A stretch of DNA of 64,000 bases from Pelagibacteraceae bacterium AG-390-D18 (GCA_003279715.1 QCGY01000004.1:32694-96693), one strand, 5' to 3'. Numbered from the stretch's first letter, positions 28,874 through 39,484 are shown. The notes: generated from the letters alone by a model not told the origin. Translations and numbers: made by a program.

Positions 28874-29770
28874 ATGGAAAACTCTAAAAATATATTTAAT
28901 GAAAAACCTAAAAGTTCTTTAGCTAAAGTTTTAGATATAATATCCACAATGGCTTCAAAACCATCTGGATTTATAGGGTTAACAATTTTGGTTTTTCATA
29001 TAACTCTAGCTTTAACTAGTCCATGGATTGCACCATATGACTATAAGGCAATCAATCCTTCGTTAATGTTAAATGCACCATCATCAGAATTTTGGTTTGG
29101 AACTGATAGTTTAGGTAGAGATGTTTTTACCAGAACAATTTTAGGAGGACGAACTGCTTTAACCATAACTTTTTTTGGTTCAATTATCGCTCTACTTTGG
29201 GGAGGTCTTTTAGGAATTTTTTGTGGTCTAGTAGGAGGAAGAATTGATGACATTGTAATGAGAATAGTAGATGCATTTTTATCAATACCTTGGATATTAG
29301 CTATGCTTTTAATAGTTTCACTTCTTGGAACAACTACTGAAGTATTAATACCTGCTCTTGGGTTTTTTTATGGAAAAGGAATTGTTCGTGTTGCAAGAGC
29401 TGCTACTCATGATGTAATAGCTAAAGACTTTATTGTTTCCGCAAAAGCTAGAGGCCACAGTAATCTTTCAATTATTTGGAATGAAATATTACCAAATGTG
29501 AGAGATGCTATTTTAGTTGAAGGAGCAATGAGATGGTCTTGGATGCTTCTTGGATTTAGCTCATTATCTTTTTTAGGATTTGGAGTAAGCCCTCCAACTC
29601 CTGACTGGGGATTAATGATATCAAATGCTAGAGGATTAATGTCTTTTGCATGGTGGGCAGTAATAGCGCCTATTGTTGGGTTAAGCTCATTAATTATTGG
29701 AATAAATTTAACCGCTGATGCTTTTGCTAAGGCTTTAGGAATTGATAGATCAACAAAAGCTCCTGTTTAA
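28874..29770 (+). CDS. DppC/OppC-type ABC permease
   Basis: FGTDSLGRD, EILPN, LSFLGFG, PDWG. Confidence 0.92.
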   Translation: MENSKNIFNEKPKSSLAKVLDIISTMASKPSGFIGLTILVFHITLALTSPWIAPYDYKAINPSLMLNAPSSEFWFGTDSLGRDVFTRTILGGRTALTITFFGSIIALLWGGLLGIFCGLVGGRIDDIVMRIVDAFLSIPWILAMLLIVSLLGTTTEVLIPALGFFYGKGIVRVARAATHDVIAKDFIVSAKARGHSNLSIIWNEILPNVRDAILVEGAMRWSWMLLGFSSLSFLGFGVSPPTPDWGLMISNARGLMSFAWWAVIAPIVGLSSLIIGINLTADAFAKALGIDRSTKAPV

Positions 29771-29773
29771 AAT

Positions 29774-31798
29774 ATGAAAACTAATATTCAAGAAATTAAA
29801 GACTTATCTATTGGTTTTAAAAGTCAAAAAGGGAGACAAATATCAATACTTAGAAATATAACTACCAATATTAGAAAAGGTGAAACAGTAGGTATAGTAG
29901 GAGAGTCTGGGTCAGGAAAAAGTACACTAGCTCTTGCGATGATGGGGTATATTAAACAGGGCCTTTTTACTACTGGAGGTGAATGTTTATTTAAATCTCA
30001 AAATCTACTTAGTCTAAATAATAAGGAATTAGAGGACATAAGAGGTAGAAAAATTGCAATGATCCCACAAAATGCTGGGCAAGCGCTAACTCCAAATCTT
30101 AAAATTGGTTATCAAATTGAAGAAGCTCTTAGACTTCATACTGATTATAGCAAAGCTGAAAGAGAGCAAAAAATTTCCGAATTATTAAATCAAGTTAGAC
30201 TTCCTTCTCCAAAAATAATGGCACTTAGATATCCTCATGAACTTTCAGGAGGACAACAACAACGAGTTGCAGTTGCTATGGCTTTAGCTGGTAATCCAGA
30301 GTTATTATTGTTAGATGAGCCTACAACTGGATTGGATGTAACAACTCAAGCACATGTTTTAGAACTTTTAAAAGATATAGCAAAAGATACAGGAACATCC
30401 ATGGTTTATGTAAGTCATGATCTTGGAGCAATTGCTCAAGTTTGCAACAGAGTGATTGTAATGTATGCAGGTGAAATTGTCCTAGAAGGACCAGTAAGAA
30501 ATATTTTAAAAGAACCTATTCACCCATATACATATGGATTATTAAAGTCAATTCCAAAACTTTCTTTAGCAGGTCTCCCCGACTCAATGCCAGGTAGTCA
30601 ACCACAACCAGGTAATATTGAGAATGGTTGTAGTTTTTATGATAGATGTAATTTTTCAAATGAAAAATGTAAAACCCAAGTTCCTGAGTTAGAATATTTA
30701 TCTGAAATGGATACAAGTGTAAGATGTTTTAATCATTCTGAATTCATTTCTAAAACTAGTGAACAAAAAACAAAAAATCATTCACAAAAAGAAATAATGA
30801 TAGATGAAATTTTAGATTTAAAAGACGTTTCTATATCTTATGCAAAGCAAGGTATTATAGATCAATTCTTGAATAAAGTGACTGATACAAATCCAACAGT
30901 AAAAGATATAAATATAAATATTAATAAAGGAGAGACTATTGCACTAGTAGGAGAGTCTGGAAGTGGAAAGTCTACAATTTTAAAATCTATCGCTGGGTTA
31001 TTAAAAATTAAAGATGGGCATATAAAATTTGATAAAAAAAAATTGTTATCTGGAGATTTAAAAAAAAGGAATTCAGAGGATTTAAGATCTATTCAATTAA
31101 TCTTTCAAAATCCTGACGAGTCATTAAATCCAAATCATACGGTTGAGCAAATACTCTCCCAACCTTTAAAACTATATTTTGGTCTGACAGGTAGTAAACT
31201 TAAAGAAAGTATTGCTGAATTACTTGAAAAAGTAAGATTAGGTGCTTTTTATATGAGTAGATACCCCAGACAATTATCTGGAGGAGAGAAACAGAGGATA
31301 GCTGTTGCAAGAGCTTTTGCAGCAAGACCAGATATTATTTTATGTGATGAAGTAACTTCAGCTTTAGATGTGTCGGTGCAAGCTGCTGTGTTAGATTTAT
31401 TGCATAAATTAAAAGAAGAATTGGGCACTACTTATGTATTTGTTTCTCATGACCTTGCAGTTGTAAAAGCTATTAGTGATAGAGTAGCTGTTTTATACCA
31501 AGGAAGATTATGTGAAATTGGTCCATCAAAAGATGTCTATCAATTTCCATCTCACCCTTACACAGAAGTTTTAATTGGTGCTGTTTTAGAGCCAGACCCA
31601 GATATAAAACCAAAGCTAGTTGCAGAAGACATAGTTGAAGAAAAACCACCTGAAATTGGTTGTTCTTTTCAAGGAAGATGTCCAAGAATTATTGGAGATA
31701 AATGCAAAAATGAAACTCCACCATGGCAAATTGGAGATAATGGAAATGCTATTCGATGTCATATAGGTATTGAAGAATTAAAAATTCAGCAAAGCTAA
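29774..31798 (+). CDS. Fused DppD/DppF-type ABC ATPase
   Basis: Two GESGSGKS Walker A, two LSGG signatures, two HPYT plus Cys-cluster tails. Confidence 0.93.
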   Translation: MKTNIQEIKDLSIGFKSQKGRQISILRNITTNIRKGETVGIVGESGSGKSTLALAMMGYIKQGLFTTGGECLFKSQNLLSLNNKELEDIRGRKIAMIPQNAGQALTPNLKIGYQIEEALRLHTDYSKAEREQKISELLNQVRLPSPKIMALRYPHELSGGQQQRVAVAMALAGNPELLLLDEPTTGLDVTTQAHVLELLKDIAKDTGTSMVYVSHDLGAIAQVCNRVIVMYAGEIVLEGPVRNILKEPIHPYTYGLLKSIPKLSLAGLPDSMPGSQPQPGNIENGCSFYDRCNFSNEKCKTQVPELEYLSEMDTSVRCFNHSEFISKTSEQKTKNHSQKEIMIDEILDLKDVSISYAKQGIIDQFLNKVTDTNPTVKDINININKGETIALVGESGSGKSTILKSIAGLLKIKDGHIKFDKKKLLSGDLKKRNSEDLRSIQLIFQNPDESLNPNHTVEQILSQPLKLYFGLTGSKLKESIAELLEKVRLGAFYMSRYPRQLSGGEKQRIAVARAFAARPDIILCDEVTSALDVSVQAAVLDLLHKLKEELGTTYVFVSHDLAVVKAISDRVAVLYQGRLCEIGPSKDVYQFPSHPYTEVLIGAVLEPDPDIKPKLVAEDIVEEKPPEIGCSFQGRCPRIIGDKCKNETPPWQIGDNGNAIRCHIGIEELKIQQS

Positions 31799-31858
31799 TG
31801 TTGAGACGATTTATTTATTTCAAGTTTGATTTAATTTTAATATAAGAACCGTCTATTT

Positions 31859-34081
31859 ATGGAAATCAAAAAAGTTGTAGTTATTGGATCAGGCACAATG
31901 GGAAGTGGAATAGCAGCTCATTTGTGTAACGCAAATGTTCCTGTTACTTTATTAGACCTTACCACAGACATAAGTGAGAAAGCTAGAGAGAGAATTAAAA
32001 AATCAAGGCCTCCTCTTTTAATCGATAAATCAAAAATTGATAATATTGATGTTGGAAACATTAATGACAATTTTAATGTTGTGAGTGAAGCAGATTGGGT
32101 TGTTGAAGCTGTTGTTGAAAGAATAGATATTAAACATAATATTTATGAGAAAATTTTTAAAGAAAGAAAAGCTGGATCTATAATATCATCTAATACGTCT
32201 TCAATTCCAATTAGTATTCTTTCAGAAAAATTATCTCCTGAAGATAAAAAAGATTTTTGTATAACCCACTTTTTTAATCCTGTTAGATATATGGATTTGC
32301 TTGAAATTGTTAAAAGTGAAAATAATGATCTCAATAAAATTAATTCTCTAAAGAAATTCTGTGAAATCAGCTTAGGTAAAGGCGCAATTGTCTGTAATGA
32401 TACTCCTGGTTTCTTAGGAAACAGAATCGGAGTCTTTGCAATGCAAGTGGCTATGACAGAAGCTTTTAAAATGAAATTATCTATTGAGGAAGCAGATGGT
32501 ATTTTTGGAAGACCAATGGGCATCCCTAAAACGGGAGTATTTGGATTATACGATTTAATCGGAATAGATTTAATGGCAGATGTGCTTAAAAGCTTTATAA
32601 AAGAATTGCCTGAGACAGATGAATTCCAAGAAGTTGCTAAGGAAATTCCTCTAGTAAAGAAATTAATAGAAACTGGTTATACAGGACGTAAAGGTAAAGG
32701 TGGTTTCTATAGAATGAATAAAGTTGATAATAAAAAGATTCTTGAAGCGATTAATTTAGAAACTGGAGAATATCATCCAACTCAAAAAATTAACATTAAG
32801 TCTGAAAAAGTAGATCTTAAAGCATTAATTAATAGAGATGATAAATATGGTGAATATGCATGGTCAGTTATCTCAAAAATTATTAATTACTCTTCTTCTT
32901 TAGTTCCAGGAATTACAGACGAATTTAATGACATTGATGAAGCAATGAGACTTGGATTTAATTGGAGTAAAGGACCATTTGAAATGTTAGAGGAAATTGG
33001 TGTTACAAATTTCTTTAGTAAGTTCAAAAATTATGAAGGAAATAAATTTTTAGAAAAATTAGCTGAAACAAAAAATGAAAAGTTTCATGGTGTTAGACAA
33101 AAGTATACAGAAATTGAAACTTTAGGGAAAGTTAAAAAAACAGCATCAAGTATTGATGGTAATAACTCAGCATCTATTTATAGATTCAATGATTACAATA
33201 TTGTTGAATTTACTACTAAAGCAAATGCTCTTGATTATGATTCAATGGATGCTTTAAAAAAAGCCACTGATAAACCTTTGATAATAATTAATGAGAGCAT
33301 GCAATTTTCTGCTGGAGTAAATTTAAGCTATACAATGGAATTTGCAAACAAAGGTGACTTTAAATCTATAGAAAAATTTGTCGGATACTTTCAAGAAACA
33401 TGTAAACATCTTAAGTATTCTGATTATCCAGTGGTATCTGCACCTTCAGGTTTAACTCTTGGTGGTGGCTTTGAGGTTATGGTGCAAAGTAATTTTGTAG
33501 CATCACACACAAACATAGTAGTCGGTTTAGTTGAAACTATTGTCGGATTAATTCCTGCGGGTGGTGGATGTAAGGAAATGTTAGCAAGATGGCTTGATAC
33601 AGATGAAGCTAGAAATGATCCTCATTATGCGCCTCTAAAAGTATTTGATATTATTGGTTATGGAAAAACTGCAACTTCCCCAGTTGAAGCTGAGCCCATG
33701 AAATATTTAAAACCTGAAGATAGAAAAATAATGAATAGAAATAGTCTTTTAGAAGTATCAAAAGAAATTATAAAAAATAATAAAGATTTTAAAGCGCCCT
33801 TAGAGACAGAATTTAAGCTTCCTGGAAAAGTGGTTAAAGAAGAGATGAATAAAATTTTAGAAAAACTGTACAATGAAAAAGTTATACTTGATCATGGTTT
33901 ATTAGTGGCTCAAGAGCTAGCTCATGTCTTAAGTGGAGGAGATACTACAATAGATAAGACTTTGTCTGAGGATGACTTATATAAATTAGAATTAGATGCT
34001 TTTATGAGATTGATTGAGACTCAAAAAACTCAAGATAGAATTAAACATACACTTGCAACTGGTAAGCCCTTAATAAATTAA
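31859..34081 (+). CDS. 3-hydroxyacyl-CoA dehydrogenase / enoyl-CoA hydratase fusion (FadN-type order)
   Basis: GSGTMGSG, EAVVE, SNTS, HFFNP, then FSAG, GGGFE, GLVE crotonase motifs. Confidence 0.92.
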   Translation: MEIKKVVVIGSGTMGSGIAAHLCNANVPVTLLDLTTDISEKARERIKKSRPPLLIDKSKIDNIDVGNINDNFNVVSEADWVVEAVVERIDIKHNIYEKIFKERKAGSIISSNTSSIPISILSEKLSPEDKKDFCITHFFNPVRYMDLLEIVKSENNDLNKINSLKKFCEISLGKGAIVCNDTPGFLGNRIGVFAMQVAMTEAFKMKLSIEEADGIFGRPMGIPKTGVFGLYDLIGIDLMADVLKSFIKELPETDEFQEVAKEIPLVKKLIETGYTGRKGKGGFYRMNKVDNKKILEAINLETGEYHPTQKINIKSEKVDLKALINRDDKYGEYAWSVISKIINYSSSLVPGITDEFNDIDEAMRLGFNWSKGPFEMLEEIGVTNFFSKFKNYEGNKFLEKLAETKNEKFHGVRQKYTEIETLGKVKKTASSIDGNNSASIYRFNDYNIVEFTTKANALDYDSMDALKKATDKPLIIINESMQFSAGVNLSYTMEFANKGDFKSIEKFVGYFQETCKHLKYSDYPVVSAPSGLTLGGGFEVMVQSNFVASHTNIVVGLVETIVGLIPAGGGCKEMLARWLDTDEARNDPHYAPLKVFDIIGYGKTATSPVEAEPMKYLKPEDRKIMNRNSLLEVSKEIIKNNKDFKAPLETEFKLPGKVVKEEMNKILEKLYNEKVILDHGLLVAQELAHVLSGGDTTIDKTLSEDDLYKLELDAFMRLIETQKTQDRIKHTLATGKPLIN

Positions 34082-34085
34082 TTTC

Positions 34086-34730
34086 TTACTTTAACATTCT
34101 AATTGTATTTATAAAATCAGGTCTAAGCACATATTCAGATCTATGAGAATATCTAATTTTTTCTAATACCTTAATTCCATAAATTACTTTCCCAATGGGA
34201 GTGTATTCACCTTCAAATAATGGTTCGTCATCAAGAATTATAAAAAACTGACTATCTTCAGTGTCATATTGTAAAGATCTTGCTAAGCCAACTGACCCTT
34301 TTTTAAAATCAAACTCAGCATCAACTTCTGATTTAATTGGTCCAAGTCCAGATTTACCAGTTCCGATCCTTCCATAGTCTAATTTATCTTTTTTTCCAAA
34401 CTCTAGATCTCCAGCTTGGACAAGTTTATCTTTGATTACTCTATGAAAAGCAACACTATCATATGCTTTAAAACTAATTAATTTTTTAAATCTCTCAACT
34501 CCGTTTGGAGATATTTTAGGATAAAGTTCTATTATGATATTTCCACATTCAGCATTAAGGATAACAATATTATTTGGTTTTTCAAATTTAATTTTATATG
34601 GATCAAAATTTTTTACAAATAAACATTTGTTTTTTATTATAATAGTAAAACTTAATGCAAAAATTCCAAGTAGAATTAAAAAAATAAGAATTAATTTTTC
34701 ATGTAGTGAGGCTTTAATTTTTTTTATCAT
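34086..34730 (-). CDS. Cyclophilin-type peptidyl-prolyl isomerase, membrane-anchored
   Basis: FHRVI, QAGD, GLAR, DSQFFI; N-terminal TM. Confidence 0.9.
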   Translation of the reverse strand: MIKKIKASLHEKLILIFLILLGIFALSFTIIIKNKCLFVKNFDPYKIKFEKPNNIVILNAECGNIIIELYPKISPNGVERFKKLISFKAYDSVAFHRVIKDKLVQAGDLEFGKKDKLDYGRIGTGKSGLGPIKSEVDAEFDFKKGSVGLARSLQYDTEDSQFFIILDDEPLFEGEYTPIGKVIYGIKVLEKIRYSHRSEYVLRPDFINTIRMLK

Positions 34731-34732
34731 AT

Positions 34733-35461
34733 CTAAAATACAAAAGTATTATCAACTTTATTCAATATATCTTTTATAAATTTGATTTTTTTATTGAGAA
34801 TTTTATCGTTTGAATTTTTATAATTTCCAGTCATTAAATGTGAAAATACTTCAGCCATATCTTCCGATGGAATTGTCATTGAATATTCAGTAAAAAAGCC
34901 ATTAGTATTTTTATAAGTATCAAGCCCTAATTTTTTTGAGCAAGTAGAACAATCTGCATATTTAAAATTTGGTTCATTAAATTTTTTCCATTCATCTTCA
35001 TCGAATAAAACTTTAAAACCATCATTAATTATATGAAATAATTCATGGTGTATTACTCTTTCAAAATATTTTTCATTAAATTTTAGATCTATAATTAATG
35101 TTTTCATTAAATGATCTGGAATGCCCGCTGTGTTTATTCCTGAGATGGATAAATTTTCACACATAACAATATATTTAAGATTAATTTTTCTTAAAAATTC
35201 TTTTGAGTATCGATTTAAATTTTTAGATATTACTTGATATTTTCTATCGTAAGTCTTTCTATCAGAGTTATTGCAGACAATATTTTTCTGAACCCCTAGT
35301 CTAAATGGTTTTGTAGCATAAAAATATTTTAGTTTATTGAGTGTTTTTAATTCATAGATTTCTAAATTTGGTATTTTGGTAATATTATAAATAGAATTGG
35401 AGTTTGCAGAAGTTATCAAAAAAAATGATATTAAAACTAGCTTAAAAATCTTCATAAACAT
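34733..35461 (-). CDS. Secreted putative zinc metallopeptidase
   Basis: Signal peptide, HHELFH (HExxH), downstream F.TEYS...SEDMAE. Confidence 0.72.
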   Translation of the reverse strand: MFMKIFKLVLISFFLITSANSNSIYNITKIPNLEIYELKTLNKLKYFYATKPFRLGVQKNIVCNNSDRKTYDRKYQVISKNLNRYSKEFLRKINLKYIVMCENLSISGINTAGIPDHLMKTLIIDLKFNEKYFERVIHHELFHIINDGFKVLFDEDEWKKFNEPNFKYADCSTCSKKLGLDTYKNTNGFFTEYSMTIPSEDMAEVFSHLMTGNYKNSNDKILNKKIKFIKDILNKVDNTFVF

Positions 35462-35511
35462 AATTTAGATGATATTCGATTTAAAAAGAATGTGGTACAT
35501 TTTGTTAATAA

Positions 35512-36471
35512 ATGAAAAAAGAACGTAATAAAAATCCAATTCAACCTGTTAGTGGAACAAAAGTTCCAAGATTTGCTGGTCCGTCAACTTTTGCAAGATT
35601 ACCAGAATTAAGAGATGTTGAAAGTTGTGATGTTGCAATTGTAGGAGTGCCTTTTGATGCTGGTACAAGTTATAGGCCAGGAGCAAGATTTGGACCACAA
35701 AGTATTCGTCAAGCATCAAGACATTTGAGAACTAATTATCATCCTAATTATGATGTAGAGCCCTTTAAAGTTCAGCAAGTAGCAGATGCAGGTGACATTA
35801 CTTGCAACCCATTTAGTATTGATGAAGCAATAAAACAAATAGAAGCTGGAGCAACAGACTTATTAAATAAAGTAGGTGGTATAATTAGCTTAGGGGGCGA
35901 TCACACAATTGCTGTACCTCTATTAAGAGCAATTAATAAAAAATGTAATGGACCGGTTTCATTAGTTCATTTTGATGCTCATCTTGATACTTGGGATACT
36001 TACTTTGGGGCCCCTTATACACATGGAACTCCATTTAGAAGAGCAAGAGAAGAAGGTTTGTTTTTAGATGATGCTTCAATGCATGTTGGTATTAGAGGAC
36101 CACTTTATAGTAGAGATGATATTAAAAATGATGAAAGTTTTGGTTTTAAGATTATTCATTGTGATGAATTTCAAACAGAAGGAACAGATAAAATTGCAGA
36201 AAGAATTAAAAAAAGAGTAGGAGATAATCCTCTTTATTTATCAATTGATATTGATGTACTTGATCCTGCTTTTGCACCAGGGACAGGTACACCTGAAATT
36301 GCTGGCATGACTACTAGAGAAATGGTTAATGTTTTAAGAGGTCTTTCAGGACTGAATTTAGTTTCTGCAGATGTGGTTGAAGTTTCACCTGCATACGATC
36401 ATGCTGAAGTAACCTCTTTAGCTGCCGCAACAATAGTTTACGAATTAACTAATTTATTTGCAAAAACATAA
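35512..36471 (+). CDS. speB: Agmatinase/ureohydrolase
   Basis: GGDHT, HFDAHLD, SIDIDVLDP, PGTGTPE, DVVEVSP. Confidence 0.9.
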   Translation: MKKERNKNPIQPVSGTKVPRFAGPSTFARLPELRDVESCDVAIVGVPFDAGTSYRPGARFGPQSIRQASRHLRTNYHPNYDVEPFKVQQVADAGDITCNPFSIDEAIKQIEAGATDLLNKVGGIISLGGDHTIAVPLLRAINKKCNGPVSLVHFDAHLDTWDTYFGAPYTHGTPFRRAREEGLFLDDASMHVGIRGPLYSRDDIKNDESFGFKIIHCDEFQTEGTDKIAERIKKRVGDNPLYLSIDIDVLDPAFAPGTGTPEIAGMTTREMVNVLRGLSGLNLVSADVVEVSPAYDHAEVTSLAAATIVYELTNLFAKT

Positions 36472-36491
36472 AGAAAGGATAATTTCAAAAA

Positions 36492-37925
36492 ATGTTAGAT
36501 AAAAAAAATTTTTATATAAATGGGCAGTGGGTTAAACCAAATAGCTCTGAGGAAATTAAAGTAATTGATCCTGCAACTGAGGATAATTGTGCAGTTATTA
36601 CTTTAGGAAATAAAGCTGATGTTGATATGGCTGTTAATGCAGCTAAAGATGCCTATCGGTCTTGGGCCTTTTCATCTAAAGAAGAGAGAATTGGATTACT
36701 AGAAAAACTATATGAAAATTATAAGAAAAGATGGGCAGATATTGCGGAGGCTATAACCCTAGAAATGGGAGCACCTAAAGATTTTGCATCAAAATTACAA
36801 GCAGGTACTGGGGCAAGTCATATTAAATCATTTATAAGATATTTAAAAAATTTTGAATTTGAAAAACCATTAGGCGAACATGCTCCTAATCAAAGATTAA
36901 TTTATGAACCCAAAGGTGTTTGTGCGTTGATTACACCATGGAATTGGCCAATGAATCAGGTGTGTTTAAAAGTAATGCCAGCAATCGCATCTGGATGTAC
37001 TATGGTTTTAAAACCATCAGAGTTAGCGCCTCTATCTTCAATGATACTTGCTGAAATTATTGACGAAGTAAAATTTCCAAAAGGAGTTTTTAATTTAGTT
37101 AATGGTGATGGTGCAATAACGGGAGATGCTCTAACAAGCCATCAAGATATTAATATGATTTCTTTTACAGGATCAACAAGAGCTGGAGCTTTAATTTCAC
37201 AAAATGCTGCTAAAGATTTTAAAAGAGTAAGTTTAGAACTAGGTGGCAAAGGAGCAAACATAATTTTTAAAGATGCTGATCCAGAGGCTATTGAAAGAGG
37301 TGCTCTTAGATGTTTTAGAAATTCAGGACAATCCTGCAATGCACCAACTAGAATGTTAGTAGAAAAATCAATGTATAATGAAGCTATTGAAAGATTAAAA
37401 AAATATACTGAAAATTTTGAAGTTGGAGATCCTAAAAAAGAAGGTGAACATATTGGTCCAGTTATTTCAGAGGCTCAATTCTCTAAAATACAAACTTTAA
37501 TACAAAAAGGTATAGATGAAGGTGCAAAATTAGTTGCTGGAGGAACAGGTAAGCCAGAGGGATTAGATAAAGGTTACTTTGTTAAACCAACAGTATTTGC
37601 TGACGTTAATAACAATATGGAAGTTGCAAGAACAGAAATTTTTGGACCAGTTCTATCTGTTATCCCATTTGAAACAGAGGAAGATGCAATCAAAATTGCT
37701 AATGATACTGCCTATGGTTTAACAAACTATATCCAAACGCAAGATACAGAAAAAGTTCAAAGAGTTGCTAGAAAATTGAGATCTGGAATGGTTGATGTAA
37801 ACGGAGCCGGAATTGCTGTTGATGCACCTTTTGGTGGTTTTAAACATTCAGGAATAGGTCGTGAAGCAGGTGCACATGGTCTAGAGGAATTTTTGGAAGT
37901 AAAAGCAGTAGGTGGCTGGAGTTAA
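36492..37925 (+). CDS. Aldehyde dehydrogenase (paralogue of 4321..5751)
   Basis: PWNWP, FTGS, LELGGK, GQSC, EIFGP. Confidence 0.95.
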   Translation: MLDKKNFYINGQWVKPNSSEEIKVIDPATEDNCAVITLGNKADVDMAVNAAKDAYRSWAFSSKEERIGLLEKLYENYKKRWADIAEAITLEMGAPKDFASKLQAGTGASHIKSFIRYLKNFEFEKPLGEHAPNQRLIYEPKGVCALITPWNWPMNQVCLKVMPAIASGCTMVLKPSELAPLSSMILAEIIDEVKFPKGVFNLVNGDGAITGDALTSHQDINMISFTGSTRAGALISQNAAKDFKRVSLELGGKGANIIFKDADPEAIERGALRCFRNSGQSCNAPTRMLVEKSMYNEAIERLKKYTENFEVGDPKKEGEHIGPVISEAQFSKIQTLIQKGIDEGAKLVAGGTGKPEGLDKGYFVKPTVFADVNNNMEVARTEIFGPVLSVIPFETEEDAIKIANDTAYGLTNYIQTQDTEKVQRVARKLRSGMVDVNGAGIAVDAPFGGFKHSGIGREAGAHGLEEFLEVKAVGGWS

Positions 37926-39121
37926 TTTAAAGTAGAATTTTCTTTAATTCCATTAAGAAGCTTTAGACATTTTTTTAATTCATCTAAAACAATATATTCA
38001 TCAATTTTATGAGCTTGTTCAATTGAACCTGGTCCACATACAACTGTACTAATACCTATTTCTTGAAATAAACCTGCTTCTGTTCCAAAAGAAACAACTT
38101 GTCTAGAATTATCACCTGTTAAGCTTGAGATAAATTCGCAAGCATCTGATTTATCTTTTCTATCAAATCCAACTATTTCACCGATGATATTTTTTTCAAT
38201 TGAAGCATCTGGAAAATTTTTTTTCATATCCGGAAGTAATACTTCATTTGCATATTTATCTATTTCTTGATTTAAAAATATTCCATCCTCTTTAACCACA
38301 GGTCTTGTTTCCCAATTAATATGACATTTATCTGCTATTACGTTGTGAGCAATACCTCCAAATATACCACCAATTGATAGTGTAGAGTGAGGTGGGTCAA
38401 AAATGGAGTCTTTGGGCTCTCTTTGTTTAAGTTTTTCTCTCAATTCAATTAATTTATTGACGTATCTTGATGCGTATTCAACAGCGTTTACACCTTTGTG
38501 AGGTGCAGAACTATGTCCTGCCAAACCTTTAAAATAAGTTGTGTATTCGTAGCACCCTTTGTGGGCATCAATAATTTTCATATTAGTTGGTTCTCCAACG
38601 ATACAAATACCATCTTTAATATTTCGTCTTTTCAATTCTTCAATTAGTATAGGAGCACCTATACATGCCGTTTCCTCATCAAAAGTAAAAGAAAAATGAA
38701 TATCTCTATCTAAATTTGATTTTGAAAAAGTAGGCGCATAGGCCAAAGCACAAGCAATAAATCCCTTCATATCACATGAACCTCTTCCAAAAAGTTTATC
38801 TTCTCTAATTGTTGCTGTAAAAGGATCTGAACTCCAACCTTTTGAAACTGGAACAACATCAGTATGGCCTGATAAAATTATTGGTTTTTTATTGCTTGAA
38901 TTTTTAGATTTAAGAGTTGCAAATAGATTTACTCTTTTTTTCTCATCATCATAAGTTCTAAATGAAGTAGCACCTAATTTTTTTAAGATATCATCACAGT
39001 AGTCAATTAAAGCAGTATTATCTTCTCCAGATATAGTTTTAAAACCAATTAAGTCTGTTAAAATTTTAATAGAATTATTAAATAAAAGATCTGAATTATT
39101 TTCTGTACTCATATTTTTCAT
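37922..39121 (-). CDS. argE: Acetylornithine deacetylase (M20 family)
   Basis: SGHTDVVP, GRGSCDMKG, DEE, GEPT, GTEAG, QAHKIDE. Confidence 0.88.
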   Translation of the reverse strand: MKNMSTENNSDLLFNNSIKILTDLIGFKTISGEDNTALIDYCDDILKKLGATSFRTYDDEKKRVNLFATLKSKNSSNKKPIILSGHTDVVPVSKGWSSDPFTATIREDKLFGRGSCDMKGFIACALAYAPTFSKSNLDRDIHFSFTFDEETACIGAPILIEELKRRNIKDGICIVGEPTNMKIIDAHKGCYEYTTYFKGLAGHSSAPHKGVNAVEYASRYVNKLIELREKLKQREPKDSIFDPPHSTLSIGGIFGGIAHNVIADKCHINWETRPVVKEDGIFLNQEIDKYANEVLLPDMKKNFPDASIEKNIIGEIVGFDRKDKSDACEFISSLTGDNSRQVVSFGTEAGLFQEIGISTVVCGPGSIEQAHKIDEYIVLDELKKCLKLLNGIKENSTLN

Positions 39122-39139
39122 CTATTATATATTAATTAT

Positions 39140-39481
39140 ATGAAAGAACAAATTACCTTTGATGAATTTAATAAAGTAGATATTCGAGTTGGAACAGTAA
39201 TCTCAGTTAAAAAAAATGAAAAAGCTAGAAAACCATCTTTAGTGGTAGAAGTTGATTTTGGTGAGGAAATTGGAATTAAAAAATCATCAGCTCAGATTAC
39301 ACATTACTATACAGAGGAAAATTTAAAGGGCAAACAAGTGATTGCAGTTTGCAATTTTGCTGAAAAAAATATTGCCGGTGTAGTTTCGCAAGTTTTAATT
39401 TTAGGATCAATTGATAAAGAAGGAAAAGTAATATTAGTTCATCCTTCCCAAAAATCTGAGAATGGTTTGCCGATCGCTTAA
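39140..39481 (+). CDS. csaA: tRNA-binding / export chaperone CsaA
   Basis: VDIRVGT, ARKP, KKSSAQIT, SQVLILG. Confidence 0.88.
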   Translation: MKEQITFDEFNKVDIRVGTVISVKKNEKARKPSLVVEVDFGEEIGIKKSSAQITHYYTEENLKGKQVIAVCNFAEKNIAGVVSQVLILGSIDKEGKVILVHPSQKSENGLPIA

Positions 39482-39484
39482 TAA

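Noticed and set aside
29774-31798. Internal duplication in the ABC ATPase
   Set aside because: Common DppD/DppF fusion, not novel
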